Of a DNA stretch of 64,000 nucleotides, positions 53,413 through 64,000 are shown one piece after another. The translations under genes were made by a program, and so were the position numbers. Every line of letters begins with the position of its first letter. The first letter of the stretch is position 1. The notes under the pieces are model-generated. The model did no database searches, was not told the DNA's origin, and was given only the letters and a program-made list of their open reading frames with translations. Source of the DNA: Phaeosaccion multiseriatum (taxonomy: Eukaryota; Protista; Ochrophyta, other classes); assembly GCA_965112735.1 (NCBI GenBank), contig OZ218963.1:248001-312000 (forward strand), given 5' to 3'.

Positions 53413-53571
53413 AAGCAGGTGCGCGTGAGGAGAGGTTTGAAATCTGGGGAAGCTATTACTTTTAGTGCCTTACGTAAGTACGTCACGTAAGATTATTCCC
53501 CCATCCCTCCCTCCCCCCCCCCCTCCCTTCACGCAGATATTACTCTTCTGCACGTTTAATTAATTTGTAAA

Positions 53572-53882
53572 TACGCGTTCTTCTACGCTCTACTCCCCCG
53601 CTCTCCCCATGATCTATTGTACAACATAAAAAAAATATACGCTTTCTTCTACGCTCTACTCCCCCCCTCTCCCCATTATCTATTGTACAACATAAAAAAA
53701 AATATACTCCCCCCCTCTCCCCATTATCTATTGTACAACATAAAAAAAAATATCTCCCCCGCTCTCCCCATTATCTATTGTACAACATCAAAAAAATATC
53801 GCTTTCTTCTACGCTCTACTCCCCCCCCTCTCCCCATTATCTATTGTGCAACATCAAAAAAATATACGCTTCTTCTACGCTC
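53572..53882. repeat. TTGTACAA minisatellite, copy 2
   Basis: Same modules as 44857-45240, fewer units. Confidence 0.9.
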
Positions 53883-54075
53883 TAGTAGTCTCACCCCCGC
53901 CCCCCTCCCTCCACTCCACTCCACTCCGAAGCTCACAGCGAAGTCCGCCTGAGTGCCCTCTCCTCCTTTCCCCCCGACCCCTCCACTCCAAAAGGCAGGC
54001 CGTCACCCCCCCTGTACTGCATAGACTGCTGCGGCTGCAGAGACTGGCTGGCGCTGCATGTGCTGTCCCCCCTCC

Positions 54076-55740
54076 TCATCTCCCTGCTGCTACTGCTGCT
54101 GCCCCTGCTGCTGCCTGCCCCCCCCAAACAGACTGGCTGGCCGTCGCCCCCGCCCACCCCCTCCCCGAGCTGCCGCCCCCCACCGTGTAGTGAGGAGCAC
54201 CTTGAGTGGGAGCAGTGTTTGCCCCTGTGCCCCCCCCCCTCTCCTCGTCCCCATCCGTGTCCTCATCCATGTCCGCGTCGTCATCCCCATCAGTCCTCCC
54301 TCCCTCCACACTCCCCTCCCCTCCTCCTCCTCCTCCTCCTCCTCCTCCTCGGCCAACAGGGCTGAGATCGACGCCCTGCTGCCTCCTCGCCCACCTCGTC
54401 CTCTCTTCCGTCTGTGCATCGATCGGGCCGAGGGGCACTCGGCGGTAGGTAATGTAGAGCTCCTCGTTGTTGCAAGTGAAGGACGCATACTTGACATTCT
54501 GGCGCTCCGGGGGGGGCTCCACTACAACTACAATATGCACCACCACCACAGGCACGTCGGGGCAGTAATAGAGCTCTTCCCAGATATCCAGCATGGAGGG
54601 GACGGCAAGGCTCACCAGCGCCTCCCCCGCATCCCTCCTTTCTATAACCGCACGACCACCGTGGGACGCCATATGCTTGCCGATGCTAAAACGTACCACC
54701 AACTGACCCTCCACGAGGGACTCCAGTGCGTCGTCGTCCCCCTGGAACAGCAGCTTGCCCCTCGTCAGGCCGTCGAAGGGGCAGCTCAGAGTGGTGGTGT
54801 AGCACTTGACGCCGCAGGTCCCGCTCGGAACCACCCTTCCCCCACCACCTCCTCCTCCCCCCTCCACCCCTCCCCTTTCTTCTGCCGACGCCGCCGCTCC
54901 TCCTCCCTTTCCCTCCTCCCCGACGTCGCCCCCTTCCTCTGCCATATCCCCTCCTGGCCCACGCTCCGCCGACCTGGTCACCTCCGAAAGCATTCGACCC
55001 ATGCTGCTAAAATTGGAACTCAAATTGGAGAGCACACTCATGTTGCTCGTGCTCATATTCGCACTCACGCCCGACCCCACTCGCGGCCCCGTGCGCTCCG
55101 ACTCCACAATCGTCTCGCTCCAACTCCGACTCGGGCCCGGTTGTACCTCCGGCGCCTCGTCAACGTCCACGTGGTCATACACGTCCAAGTTCAATGGATC
55201 TTCGAGGGAGTTGTGCCGATTAATTGGGTATTGCAGCTGCTGCCCGGGCTGCTGTAATCGACTGTCATCCGTGTGGCCGCTGTGCCTGCTGGGGGGAGAC
55301 TCGTCCCCACCCACGTTTGATCCGTCGTCGTCCGAGGTATCTGAGTGCTCCGGACGCCCCCCCCCCGGGTAGTCCTCGTTCCGTCCCGGAGCAGGGGATT
55401 CACGAGGGGTTGGTGGGGCGCTCCTGTTGCTCGCACTCTTCCTGCCCGGCTTCAGCCGGATGGGCACAACCTCGATGCGGGCCGAAGGGAACTCCCCCTT
55501 GAGGAGGCGGCAGGGCCCCGGGCTCGGCTGGGGGCCGTTGAACTTGACCTTAATCTCCATGGCGCCGCTCTCGCTCTGTGCGGCGGGCTCCAGCTCCCAT
55601 TCCTGAATGGTGGTGTACTTGGTCTTGAACTTCATCAGCAGGTGCGAGGCCGTCACTGTGTGTTGCAGTGCAGCAGTGCGAGGCAGGGAGGGAAGTGGTG
55701 TGTGGGTCATTGAGTCATCGGATTGGGTAGTAGGCAACAA
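54076..55740 (-). CDS. ORF X copy 2, hypothetical protein
   Basis: 554-codon open frame, paralogous to 45497-47134. Confidence 0.55.
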   Translation of the reverse strand: MLPTTQSDDSMTHTPLPSLPRTAALQHTVTASHLLMKFKTKYTTIQEWELEPAAQSESGAMEIKVKFNGPQPSPGPCRLLKGEFPSARIEVVPIRLKPGRKSASNRSAPPTPRESPAPGRNEDYPGGGRPEHSDTSDDDGSNVGGDESPPSRHSGHTDDSRLQQPGQQLQYPINRHNSLEDPLNLDVYDHVDVDEAPEVQPGPSRSWSETIVESERTGPRVGSGVSANMSTSNMSVLSNLSSNFSSMGRMLSEVTRSAERGPGGDMAEEGGDVGEEGKGGGAAASAEERGGVEGGGGGGGGRVVPSGTCGVKCYTTTLSCPFDGLTRGKLLFQGDDDALESLVEGQLVVRFSIGKHMASHGGRAVIERRDAGEALVSLAVPSMLDIWEELYYCPDVPVVVVHIVVVVEPPPERQNVKYASFTCNNEELYITYRRVPLGPIDAQTEERTRWARRQQGVDLSPVGRGGGGGGGGGGEGSVEGGRTDGDDDADMDEDTDGDEERGGGTGANTAPTQGAPHYTVGGGSSGRGWAGATASQSVWGGQAAAGAAAVAAGR

Positions 55741-56648
55741 CCTCTCTCTCTCTTCTTGTTCTCTCTACCCCGGCCGGAACGCGACGCCGCCCGGCCCGGC
55801 CGCCCCTCGCCAGCCATGGCTGCCCGCCCGCCCATCCCCAGGCTTCGTTCGACTCCACTCGCGGCTATTGTTGAAGCATGGAACAAGTGCTTTGTCGACA
55901 CTCTCGCACCATCCACGCACGTCACGTCTTCTCACATCTTGATATTGATTGTTTTGGATCAGCCTACTCCTTTCTCTCCCCTGCCTCCGCACCCTGCCTC
56001 CGCAGCCCTCCTACACTAGTAGGTCCCTCACGCTGCCTCACTCACCATTTTGTGCGGCTGCTGCCAAGTCATGCACGCGGAACAGCCAGCACCGGTTCTT
56101 CTTGGTCTCCTCATTCGACGCCATCCCTCCTTGCTTGTTCCCTGCTGCGGCGTCAGCTTGTTGTGTGTGGTGTGTTCGCTATCGCTCAGAACAAATCACT
56201 GCCTCCTGGGTGCCTGCGCTGCTGCAAGTCAAGCAACAAGCAACCCAGCCGCTGCCGCTGCCTACCTTCAGGCAGCAGTCCCCCCGCTCTAGACTACCAC
56301 CAGGTGCGAATGAAACTCTTTCGTTCTGCTCTGTCGCTGGCTGTCACGCCTCGCACAAGGCCACTCTGGCTGTGTGTGAGCTTTCAACTTCTTGTTGTTC
56401 TCTCGCTCTCCGCTGCCTCCACAGCCAGTCCACCCCCCCGCCCGCCCGCCGGCCGCCCCGCCCCAGCCACTCTTCTATTCAGCCACGTAAGTCTTCACGT
56501 ATCTCTGTTTCCAAAATATACATGCTACCGTGCGCGCCGCCAAGAGGAGGCGGTCCGAGCGAGTTCCAGGAGAGGGAGGGGAAGGAAGCAAAATGAATCC
56601 GTGACGGGGATCCGTGAAGCATTATTGAAGAAACAGCCAAGCAATCCT

Positions 56649-56777
56649 ATCACATCGATCACAGATCTCTCACAAACTCCTGTACATACCAGCTAGATAC
56701 TCTTTAGTATCTATTGCGGTCAAATCAAAACGTACCTAACTTCAGGAGTTTGTGAGAGATGTGTGATCTGGTGTGAT
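56649..56777. other. Nested inverted repeat (hairpin), copy 2
   Basis: Same arms as copy 1. The insertions (+t, +tcaaa) fall only in loop or spacer positions. Confidence 0.9.
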
Positions 56778-56902
56778 CGAAATGTGAATTCTTGATGGGT
56801 CACAGATACCGGTCACAAAAGGCTTGGCGGGAAAAACATTTGGAGCACACTTCAATACCCACAACCTTGCGAACATCAAAAACAACAAACTACTGCGTTA
56901 CC

Positions 56903-58331
56903 ATGCCGACCATTGGCAAGACGAAGACCGTGAGGGTGATCATCGGAGCCTTCCTCCTCCTCCTCCCCCTCCTGGCCGTGACCGGATGGCTCGGGTACGA
57001 GTACATCAAGAACGACGATGACTCGGGAGGTGTGACGTCCACGGGAATCGACGAGACCTCCGCAGCTGAGGCAATCCAACAAGGCGCCGGAGAAGGGGCT
57101 AAACTGCGAGTGATCGAGCTCACCGATGAAGACATGGTCGACTTGTTGAATGCTGCTGGAGAGGAGGAGGATGAAGAAGAGGATCATGATGAAGATGGTG
57201 ACTTCTCTGAGCCCCCACCCGGCAACTACACCTACGGAGATGAAGGTCGTCAGAACAGGCGCCTCTTTTCGGACTGCGGAGAGGACGGCAACCCCGTGGA
57301 GTGCACATCTCGCTATAGGACGTGCTCCAGGAACGGCTGGTAAGATTCCGTATCTGCCTGGCTGTTCCATCCCTTTTAAGTATTTTTTCTGGGTTAGAGA
57401 GTGGGCAAAAAGTTGCTGACGCTCCGGCGACTGTCCTGCTCCATCGACCACCATGCATACATGACAGGGGCGGAGTCGTTCAATTGGCGATCGCAAAGAA
57501 CGACGGCACTTTCGGGGGTTGTTCGGGCTTTCTCCTCGCCCCCGACCTTGTGGTGACTGCTGGTCATTGTGTCCGTTCGGTAAGCGAGTGGAAAACCTCT
57601 GGCGCGGGTGTCACCGCCTTGTTGGGTCAGACGAGCGCCAACAACCCAATTGAAGTGCGGAAGTCCATCCATGTCCAGTCCTACCTCAATGTGGATAAAA
57701 GAGAGTGGGACGTGGCAATGATCGTCCTTGATACTCCCTTCACCAAGGGATGCAAGTACACCGTCAAGCGCTCGCAGAATCGTTGGGCGTGGATGGCCGG
57801 GTTCCCAAGCACCCTGCCCTACGGCACCTTGATGCAGGTGAGAAGCAAAACGGCTGCTGACTGGAATATGATATGCACGCTCACTCTGAGAGCTTGCGCT
57901 CTGACAGTCGTATACACCCATGTACAGTAAGTAGTAGCTTTTTTAGGGAGGAAACCCACCACCTCTTCCGAATATAAATGAATGCGACCTCCCTGGCTGG
58001 CTGCTCTTCTCTCTCTCTACAGGTTCAAAGCGAAGGCATGTTTTCGTACAGGGACTCCAGACGCACAGCAGATACTAAGCATGCTATTGCCGGGGGCATG
58101 AGTGGGGGGCCTGCCGAGTCCTGGTACCGGGACGGAACAACACACACCACTGGCATCCTTGTATCATACAATGATCACTCGTCATGCTTTACCACGATCA
58201 CTCTCCTCGGTAGGTCGGACGGGGTTCTCACCAGGCTCCTCGACGATGTGAGCAATATTCTGCCCGGTCTGTGGGAGGCGGAGGTGTACGAGAACGGCGA
58301 ATATTTGTCAGTGACTTCTCTTAGGGTGTGA
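56903..58331 (+). CDS. Membrane-anchored trypsin-like serine protease, copy 2
   Basis: Nearly identical to copy 1 with an intact triad; amino-acid differences seen only near the C-terminus (WEEEVYKN vs WEAEVYEN). Confidence 0.85.
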
Positions 58332-58854
58332 GTAGTAGTAGAGCTTTTTGCGGGCTCAAGCAGAGGCTTGATGTAACATAGGAGAAGAAGAGTGTGTATG
58401 TGTACAACGGGGGACTGCATCAATATGTGAAGTTGGAAGAGATGATAGACACAACAATTAGCACAGGAGGTTTTCCGTCGTGAATACCTTTCGGTGGACC
58501 TAACTAGACTGAAACGGTCGTTAGTACTGACTATTGTATATTAGTATGGAACAGTTAAAGGGGGGGCGGAGGAAAAAAAAGAGAACAACATGTGTCCTAT
58601 GATTTCCCCATGATTTTCGCTTACGCCGAAAGGGGTTCTTCTAAGAGTAATAAAACCTGTGTGAGCGACACGCACGCCCCTTTAGAGGACAGCGCCTCCC
58701 CCTCCCCCCCCACCCCCCTTGAGATTCTTTAGCCACTTCTGGCGCCGCACTTGCCTCCCTGTCTTGGCCCTGCCTCTTACGAACACACTGCCACCTTTAG
58801 AAGTCGGAAGTAAGTTAATTATTTGATATTATTACCATACGCGACCCTCAATTT

Positions 58855-61800
58855 TCACCCCTCCTCCCTCCTTGGGCGCTTCAGCGCTCTGCCCGCTCGA
58901 GACTTGGCACCCGAGACTAGTGCCACGTCGTCGTTCTCCTCTTGCCCTCTATCTCCTTCGTCTGATTGTTTGGCCTCTCCTTCGTCCACCGGTACGCCTG
59001 TTCCCTCCTCCTCCTCCATCGCCTCCAGCTCCGACCGACTGTCTTCGCTTCCCTCTTTGCTCATGACGCTCTCGGCCCATCGTCCACTCCCCACCCCCGT
59101 CACATCTCCCTCCGTCCTCTCCACGTCTGCAACGCGTGTGTGCAGGGCCTCTCGCTCACCAGCGCTCACCCCCCCCCCCTTGCCCCCCTGGGGGATGGGG
59201 ATGTCGCTGCGGCCTCCTCTTCCCCCTCTTCATCCGCTGCCGTTGGGCTGACATCGCCCTCTCCTCGTCCTTCGTCCTCTTCATGCCTCATCCTCTTCAT
59301 CTGCAGACGCTGCTGGGTCATGTCCCTTTTCTGCCGTCTCAGCGGGCTCTGGCGCCCCTATCCAACCTGCTGCTCGCGCATCTGTCTCGACATACGACTT
59401 GACGTAGGCGAGAAGCTCTTGCTTCTTGGTCGACTTGTCGGGGGCCTTCTTGCGCACTTCAGACGTGCTGGCTTGGGCGTTGATGAAAGCCCAAAGACTC
59501 CCCTTCAAGAGACTCTTCTTCCCCTTCGGGACGAACCCGAGAGTTCTCAGGACAGCCTCCGTCACACTTTCTTCGTCCTTCTTCTTTTCTCCGCCGCTGC
59601 CTTTTCCTGCGCTGCCTCCTCCCTCTCTGCCATCTTGTCTCTCAGTAGAAGGACCCTCTCTTCGGTGTTAAGGTCCTTACACGTCGACGTTGACTCCCAA
59701 ATGGCGTTCAAGCGACGTGCTGCAGCGGAGCCCTGCTTGTGGCTCGCAACGGCGCTTTTGCGCCTTAGCTGCGATAGTCTGTCCACAGACTGTAAACGCT
59801 CATGAGGAAGGAGAAGGAGGTGCTGCACAGCTGCCACATCGTCCGTCATGAGCAGCTGCTGTGCCTTCGTAACTCGCTCCCTCGCCTGTGCAGGTGTAGG
59901 GTCCAGCAGGGGGTGTTTGACCATGTCGGCTGCGAAGGACGAAGAGCCCACTCGCTGAAGCATGTTCGCGTCGAAAGCCTTTGTCATCTCCTGCAACTGC
60001 GATGCCTTGGCGTCTCCACTGGCCCCCCGTGTGACGTCAGCAAAGGCCTTGCTGATGGACCCTTCAGCAGGGGCCCTTCCGCTGGTGAAGTTGGCGAAAT
60101 ACATGGGCGGGTAAAAGCCTGTCGCCTTGAATCCGGACTTGATGGTTTCCAACTTGTGACTCTCCCCCTGAGCCTGGCTGGGAGGCCAGAACAAGAAGCT
60201 CCTGCCGGCTCATGTTCTCTCTGTTGAAGAGTCGCTGCCAGGCCGACGAAAGACATTGACGTCCAGAGGTTGGAACTCCCCCGATGTGTGCGCGGGCATG
60301 CATGCGCAGATGATGCCGGCTTCGCGCATAGCGTGAAGAGCATCCGGGGTCATCGTGTGCCAACCATAGCCATCCATCAGGAGCAAAATCGGCCAGAGCT
60401 CGTCGGTGACGTATCCGTTCTCCGTATAATGGATCTCTGCTGTGGCGGGCAAGGACTTTTCCAAGTCAGAGCCAGGTGATGCGTCCGCATTGGCAATGTG
60501 TGCCTACCTCCGTGCTCCAGCAATGACGAAGAACGGGCTCATGCATCCACCAGCGGCATCGACAGTACCGACCAGAGTGACGTGACTTGATCGCTCCTGA
60601 GCTGTCATTGACACATGGTCGCGCCCCTTATGGGCAACAACGTTCATGACACCGCGCTGTGTATTCATGCCTGTCTCATCGCTGTTCCAGAACTGCACCG
60701 GTCGGAGGTCCTCCACCTCACACCCGGATGCCACAGCCAGCTTTGCCAACATACTGAGAAGGGGAGGGGAAGGAAGGGAAGATGAGCAAGCGAGGCAGAA
60801 AACAATTATTATCGTGGTGATACGGAGGACAACGGGAAAGGATGGATGAAGTCATTTGGTGGGGGAGAGTACAGGCCTTTCTCTCTCTCTGCCCTCTTCC
60901 CTCTCCATCTTCCTCTCCATCTTCATCTCCCTCTTTATCTCCCTCTCCCCTTCCGTCTCCCTCCGACCTCTCTCCCTCACACTCTCCCTCCCTCCTTCCC
61001 CCTCTTCCTCGCCCTCGCCCCCTCACTCTCCCTTCCCCTATGCCCTCTCCCTGTCGCACGCGCCTCTCCTCTGTCCTGTCCCTACCCCCACCCCCCTCTC
61101 CAGTCACTTTGGGGGGCGCGGGGGGGCGGGGCGCTATCCTGCCCTCCACGAATGTACACGAATGTGGACTCACCTGGGTAGGAACTCGTCTAGATACTCC
61201 TTCCTTGTCTTGTCGTTGCAGCCCTGCGCCCTCGTTAGCTCAAGGGGCTGGGCTCGCCGCGTCACTAAACTTGGGTGGCGGCGCTTCAAGCAAGCCCTGC
61301 AGCCAGCCTCCTGATGCCACGAATGAAGCAACTCCCAATGCATGGGCCATTCTCCTGGCCAGGGTGCCTACATAGTTCCAGTCAACCCCAAAGCTGCTGT
61401 CTGCCATGTCCACAACAAAGCTCACCAGTGCCTCTTCGGTTGAGGCAGGCAAGGCTTGATTGCCCTTCCCACCAACAGCCACAGAAGCAACCCGTCCCTT
61501 GCACCTATTTTCCAGAGCAGTCTTGGTGATTCCATACTGCCGCGCCGCCTTGACCATTCATCACAGCAGACAGAGCCGTTCTGCTGCCCTCCATAAAATG
61601 TCGTTGCTCTGCCCCTCTCCTCAGGGTGGCCGTCATCTCCACTACCACCAGGCTCGACGTCAGAGGTCCCATCAGACTCCTCAGTAGACATCTGCATCTC
61701 AGCCTCCCTTTCTTTCAGTCTCCTGAATGTCTTGTGGTCGCCATTCGTCGCCTGCTGGAAGTCATTCCACGTCATCGGCCGATGGAAGGTCCTTCCCAAT

Positions 61801-62260
61801 GCTCTCAAGGATGGATTCATCAGATAGCCCCTTCACGTTAAGCCTGCCATGACAAGACGAAGAACAAGCAAGGATGAGACCATGAAATTCGGAAGGGTCT
61901 GCTCCAAAGGTCGTTCCCAAGCTTCACATGTTGCTGTGGCTCACCTTGGTGTCTCTCCCCTCAGCTCGGCCAAGAAAGCCTTCAGTCCTTCCTTGCTGGT
62001 ACCAGGTGTGCCACTCACACCTTTGAATAACTTCTGGACATCGTTGTAGGTAAGTTCCTTCACGTCGTGGTGAACATCCTTCAGGAATGAGAGATAACCT
62101 TATCCTTCTTCCTTTTTTCTCTCTTCTCTGGGTCCCTCACGTGGCAAACCAAGGCTCTTTTGAACTCCAAGAAGGAAAGCACTCCCGCAGCCATCATCTT
62201 GTCCGGCCATTGCAATGGGGGCGACGCTGCAGCCGGAACAGCAGCGGCAGCAGAGGCCAT
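58855..62260 (-). pseudogene. Decayed pogo/Fot1-type DDE_1 transposase, copy 2
   Basis: Same motifs and the same main frameshifts as copy 1; DGYGSH has become DGYGWH. Confidence 0.85.
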
Positions 62261-62421
62261 AAGCAGGTGCGCGTGTGGAGGAGAGGTTTGAAATCTGGGG
62301 AAGCTATTACTTTTAGTGCCTTACGTAAGTACGTCACGTAAGATTATTCCCCCATCCATCCCTCCCCTCCCCTCCCTTCACCCAGGTATTACTCTTCTGC
62401 ACGTTTAATTAATTTGTAATT

Positions 62422-62572
62422 ACGCGTTCTTCTACGCTCTACTCCCCCGCTCTCCCCATTATCTATTGTACAACATAAAAAAAATATACGCTTTCTTCTA
62501 CGCTCTACTCCCCCCATCTCCCCATTATCTATTGTACAACATCAAAAAAATATCGCTTTCTTCTACGCTCTA
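62422..62572. repeat. TTGTACAA minisatellite, copy 3 (shortest)
   Basis: Two TTGTACAA modules. Confidence 0.88.
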
Positions 62573-62770
62573 GTAGTAGTCTCACCCCCGCCCCCCTCCC
62601 TCCACTCCACTCCACCCCAAAGCTCACAACGAAGTCCGCCTGAGTGCCCTCTCCTCCTTTCCCCCCGACCCCTCGCTCCACTCCAAAAGGCAGGCCGTCA
62701 CCCCCCCTGTACTGCATAGACTGCTGCGGCTGCAGAGACTGGCTGGCGCTGCATGGGCTGTCCCCCCTCC

Positions 62771-64000
62771 TCATCTCCCTGCTGCTGCTGCTGCCCCTGC
62801 TGCTGCCTGCCCCCCCCAAACAGACTGGCTGGCCGTCGCCCCCGCCCACCCCCTCCCCGAGCTGCCGCCCCCCACCGTGTAGTGAGGAGCACCTTGAGTG
62901 GGAGCAGTGTTTGCCCCTGTGCCCCCCCCCCTCTCCTCGTCCCCATCCGTGTCCTCATCCATGTCCGCGTCGTCATCCCCATCAGTCCTCCCTCCCCCCA
63001 CACTCCCCTCCCCTCCTCCTCCTCCTCCTCCTCCTCCTCCTCCTCCTCCTCCTCCTCCTCCTCCTCCTCCTCCTCCTCCTCCTCCTCCTCGGCCAACAGG
63101 GCTGAGATCGACGCCCTGCTGCCTCCTCGCCCACCTCGTCCTCTCTTCCGTCTGTGCATCGATCGGGCCGAGGGGCACTCGGCGGTAGGTAATGTAGAGC
63201 TCCTCGTTGTTGCAAGTGAAGGACGCATACTTGACATTCTGGCGCTCCGGGGGGGGCTCCACTACAACTACAATATGCACCACCACCACAGGCACGTCGG
63301 GGCAGTAATAGAGCTCTTCCCAGATGTCCAGCATGGAGGGGACGGCAAGGCTCACCAGCGCCTCCCCCGCATCCCTCCTTTCTATAACCGCACGACCACC
63401 GTGGGACGCCATATGCTTGCCGATGCTAAAACGTACCACCAACTGACCCTCCACGAGGGACTCCAGTGCGTCGTCGTCCCCCTGGAACAGCAGCTTGCCC
63501 CTCGTCAGGCCGTCGAAGGGGCAGCTCAGAGTGGTGGTGTAGCACTTGACGCCGCAGGTCCCGCTCGGAACCACCCTTCCCCCACCACCTCCTCCTCCCC
63601 CCTCCACCCCTCCCCTTTCTTCTGCCGACGCCGCCGCTCCTCCTCCCTTTCCCTCCTCCCCGACGTCGCCCCCTTCCTCTGCCATATCCCCTCCTGGCCC
63701 ACGCTCCGCCGACCTGGTCACCTCCGAAAGCATTCGACCCATGCTGCTAAAATTGGAACTCAAATTGGAGAGCACACTCATGTTGCTCGTGCTCATATTC
63801 GCACTCACGCCCGACCCCACTCGCGGCCCCGTGCGCTCCGACTCCACAATCGTCTCGCTCCAACTCCGACTCGGGCCCGGTTGTACCTCCGGCGCCTCGT
63901 CAACGTCCACGTGGTCATACACGTCCAAGTTCAATGGATCTTCGAGGGAGTTGTGCCGATTAATTGGGTATTGCAGCTGCTGCCGGGGCTGCTGTAATCG
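62771..64000 (-). CDS. ORF X copy 3, partial (5' part beyond the window)
   Basis: Almost identical to copy 2 except for a longer (CCT)n/poly-Gly tract. Confidence 0.55.
   Translation of the reverse strand, partial: RLQQPRQQLQYPINRHNSLEDPLNLDVYDHVDVDEAPEVQPGPSRSWSETIVESERTGPRVGSGVSANMSTSNMSVLSNLSSNFSSMGRMLSEVTRSAERGPGGDMAEEGGDVGEEGKGGGAAASAEERGGVEGGGGGGGGRVVPSGTCGVKCYTTTLSCPFDGLTRGKLLFQGDDDALESLVEGQLVVRFSIGKHMASHGGRAVIERRDAGEALVSLAVPSMLDIWEELYYCPDVPVVVVHIVVVVEPPPERQNVKYASFTCNNEELYITYRRVPLGPIDAQTEERTRWARRQQGVDLSPVGRGGGGGGGGGGGGGGGGGGGGGGGGGGEGSVGGGRTDGDDDADMDEDTDGDEERGGGTGANTAPTQGAPHYTVGGGSSGRGWAGATASQSVWGGQAAAGAAAAAGR

Larger units (their letters stand above)
44606..64000. mobile_element. Head-to-tail array of an ~8.6-8.8-kb composite unit (copy 1 ~44606-53555, copy 2 ~53555-62404, copy 3 from ~62404, truncated by the window)
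   Basis: Protease ATG at 48083 and 56903 (offset 8820); transposase HTH ORF at 52734 and 61557. Each unit opens with ttaattaatt plus the TTGTACAA minisatellite. Mobility is inferred from the transposase remnant only. Confidence 0.85.

Noticed and set aside
49900-53560. Autonomous pogo element with TIRs
   Set aside because: The ORF has multiple frameshifts and I could not find matching inverted termini or a TA TSD by eye.
54058-55257. 399-aa plus-strand ORF (and the 414-aa one at 62753-63997)
   Set aside because: Antisense shadow of ORF X in GC-rich DNA; it is interrupted by a stop in copy 1.
44606-64000. LTR or DIRS retrotransposon with ORF X regions as LTRs
   Set aside because: No gag, RT, RNase H, integrase or tyrosine-recombinase motifs were recognised, and the protease is a serine rather than aspartic protease.

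Overview
Eukaryotic nuclear DNA, GC-rich, intron-dense and full of microsatellites. It is most likely a photosynthetic stramenopile (ochrophyte). This is inferred from the gene set and an ASAF-like plastid leader on ArsS; the species cannot be determined from the sequence. Bases 1 to ~44.4 kb hold eight spliced host genes: a USP48-like deubiquitinase (-, runs off the left edge), a COX5C-like subunit (+), a PPR protein (-), a cytosolic carboxypeptidase AGBL5/CCP5-like (+), a membrane sulfotransferase (-), an Orai-like channel (-), a TMEM8/PGAP6-like EGF + multi-TM protein (-) and the arsenosugar radical-SAM enzyme ArsS (-). From ~44.6 kb to the end lies a head-to-tail array of ~8.6-8.8 kb units (2 full copies plus 1 partial). 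Each unit is: AT-rich TTGTACAA minisatellite, unknown ORF X, nested ~125-bp hairpin, intact membrane-anchored serine protease, decayed pogo/Fot1-type DDE transposase. The most unusual signal is two short, non-palindromic, highly iterated motifs, CAGTTGGTGRTACAG and GATGGCAGTGGAYGG. Both are scattered through exons and introns of the host region, in several reading frames, and I found neither in the array. The second motif is polarised within introns: G-rich form after donors, reverse complement before acceptors. Gene models were spliced by eye, so exon limits are approximate unless stated.
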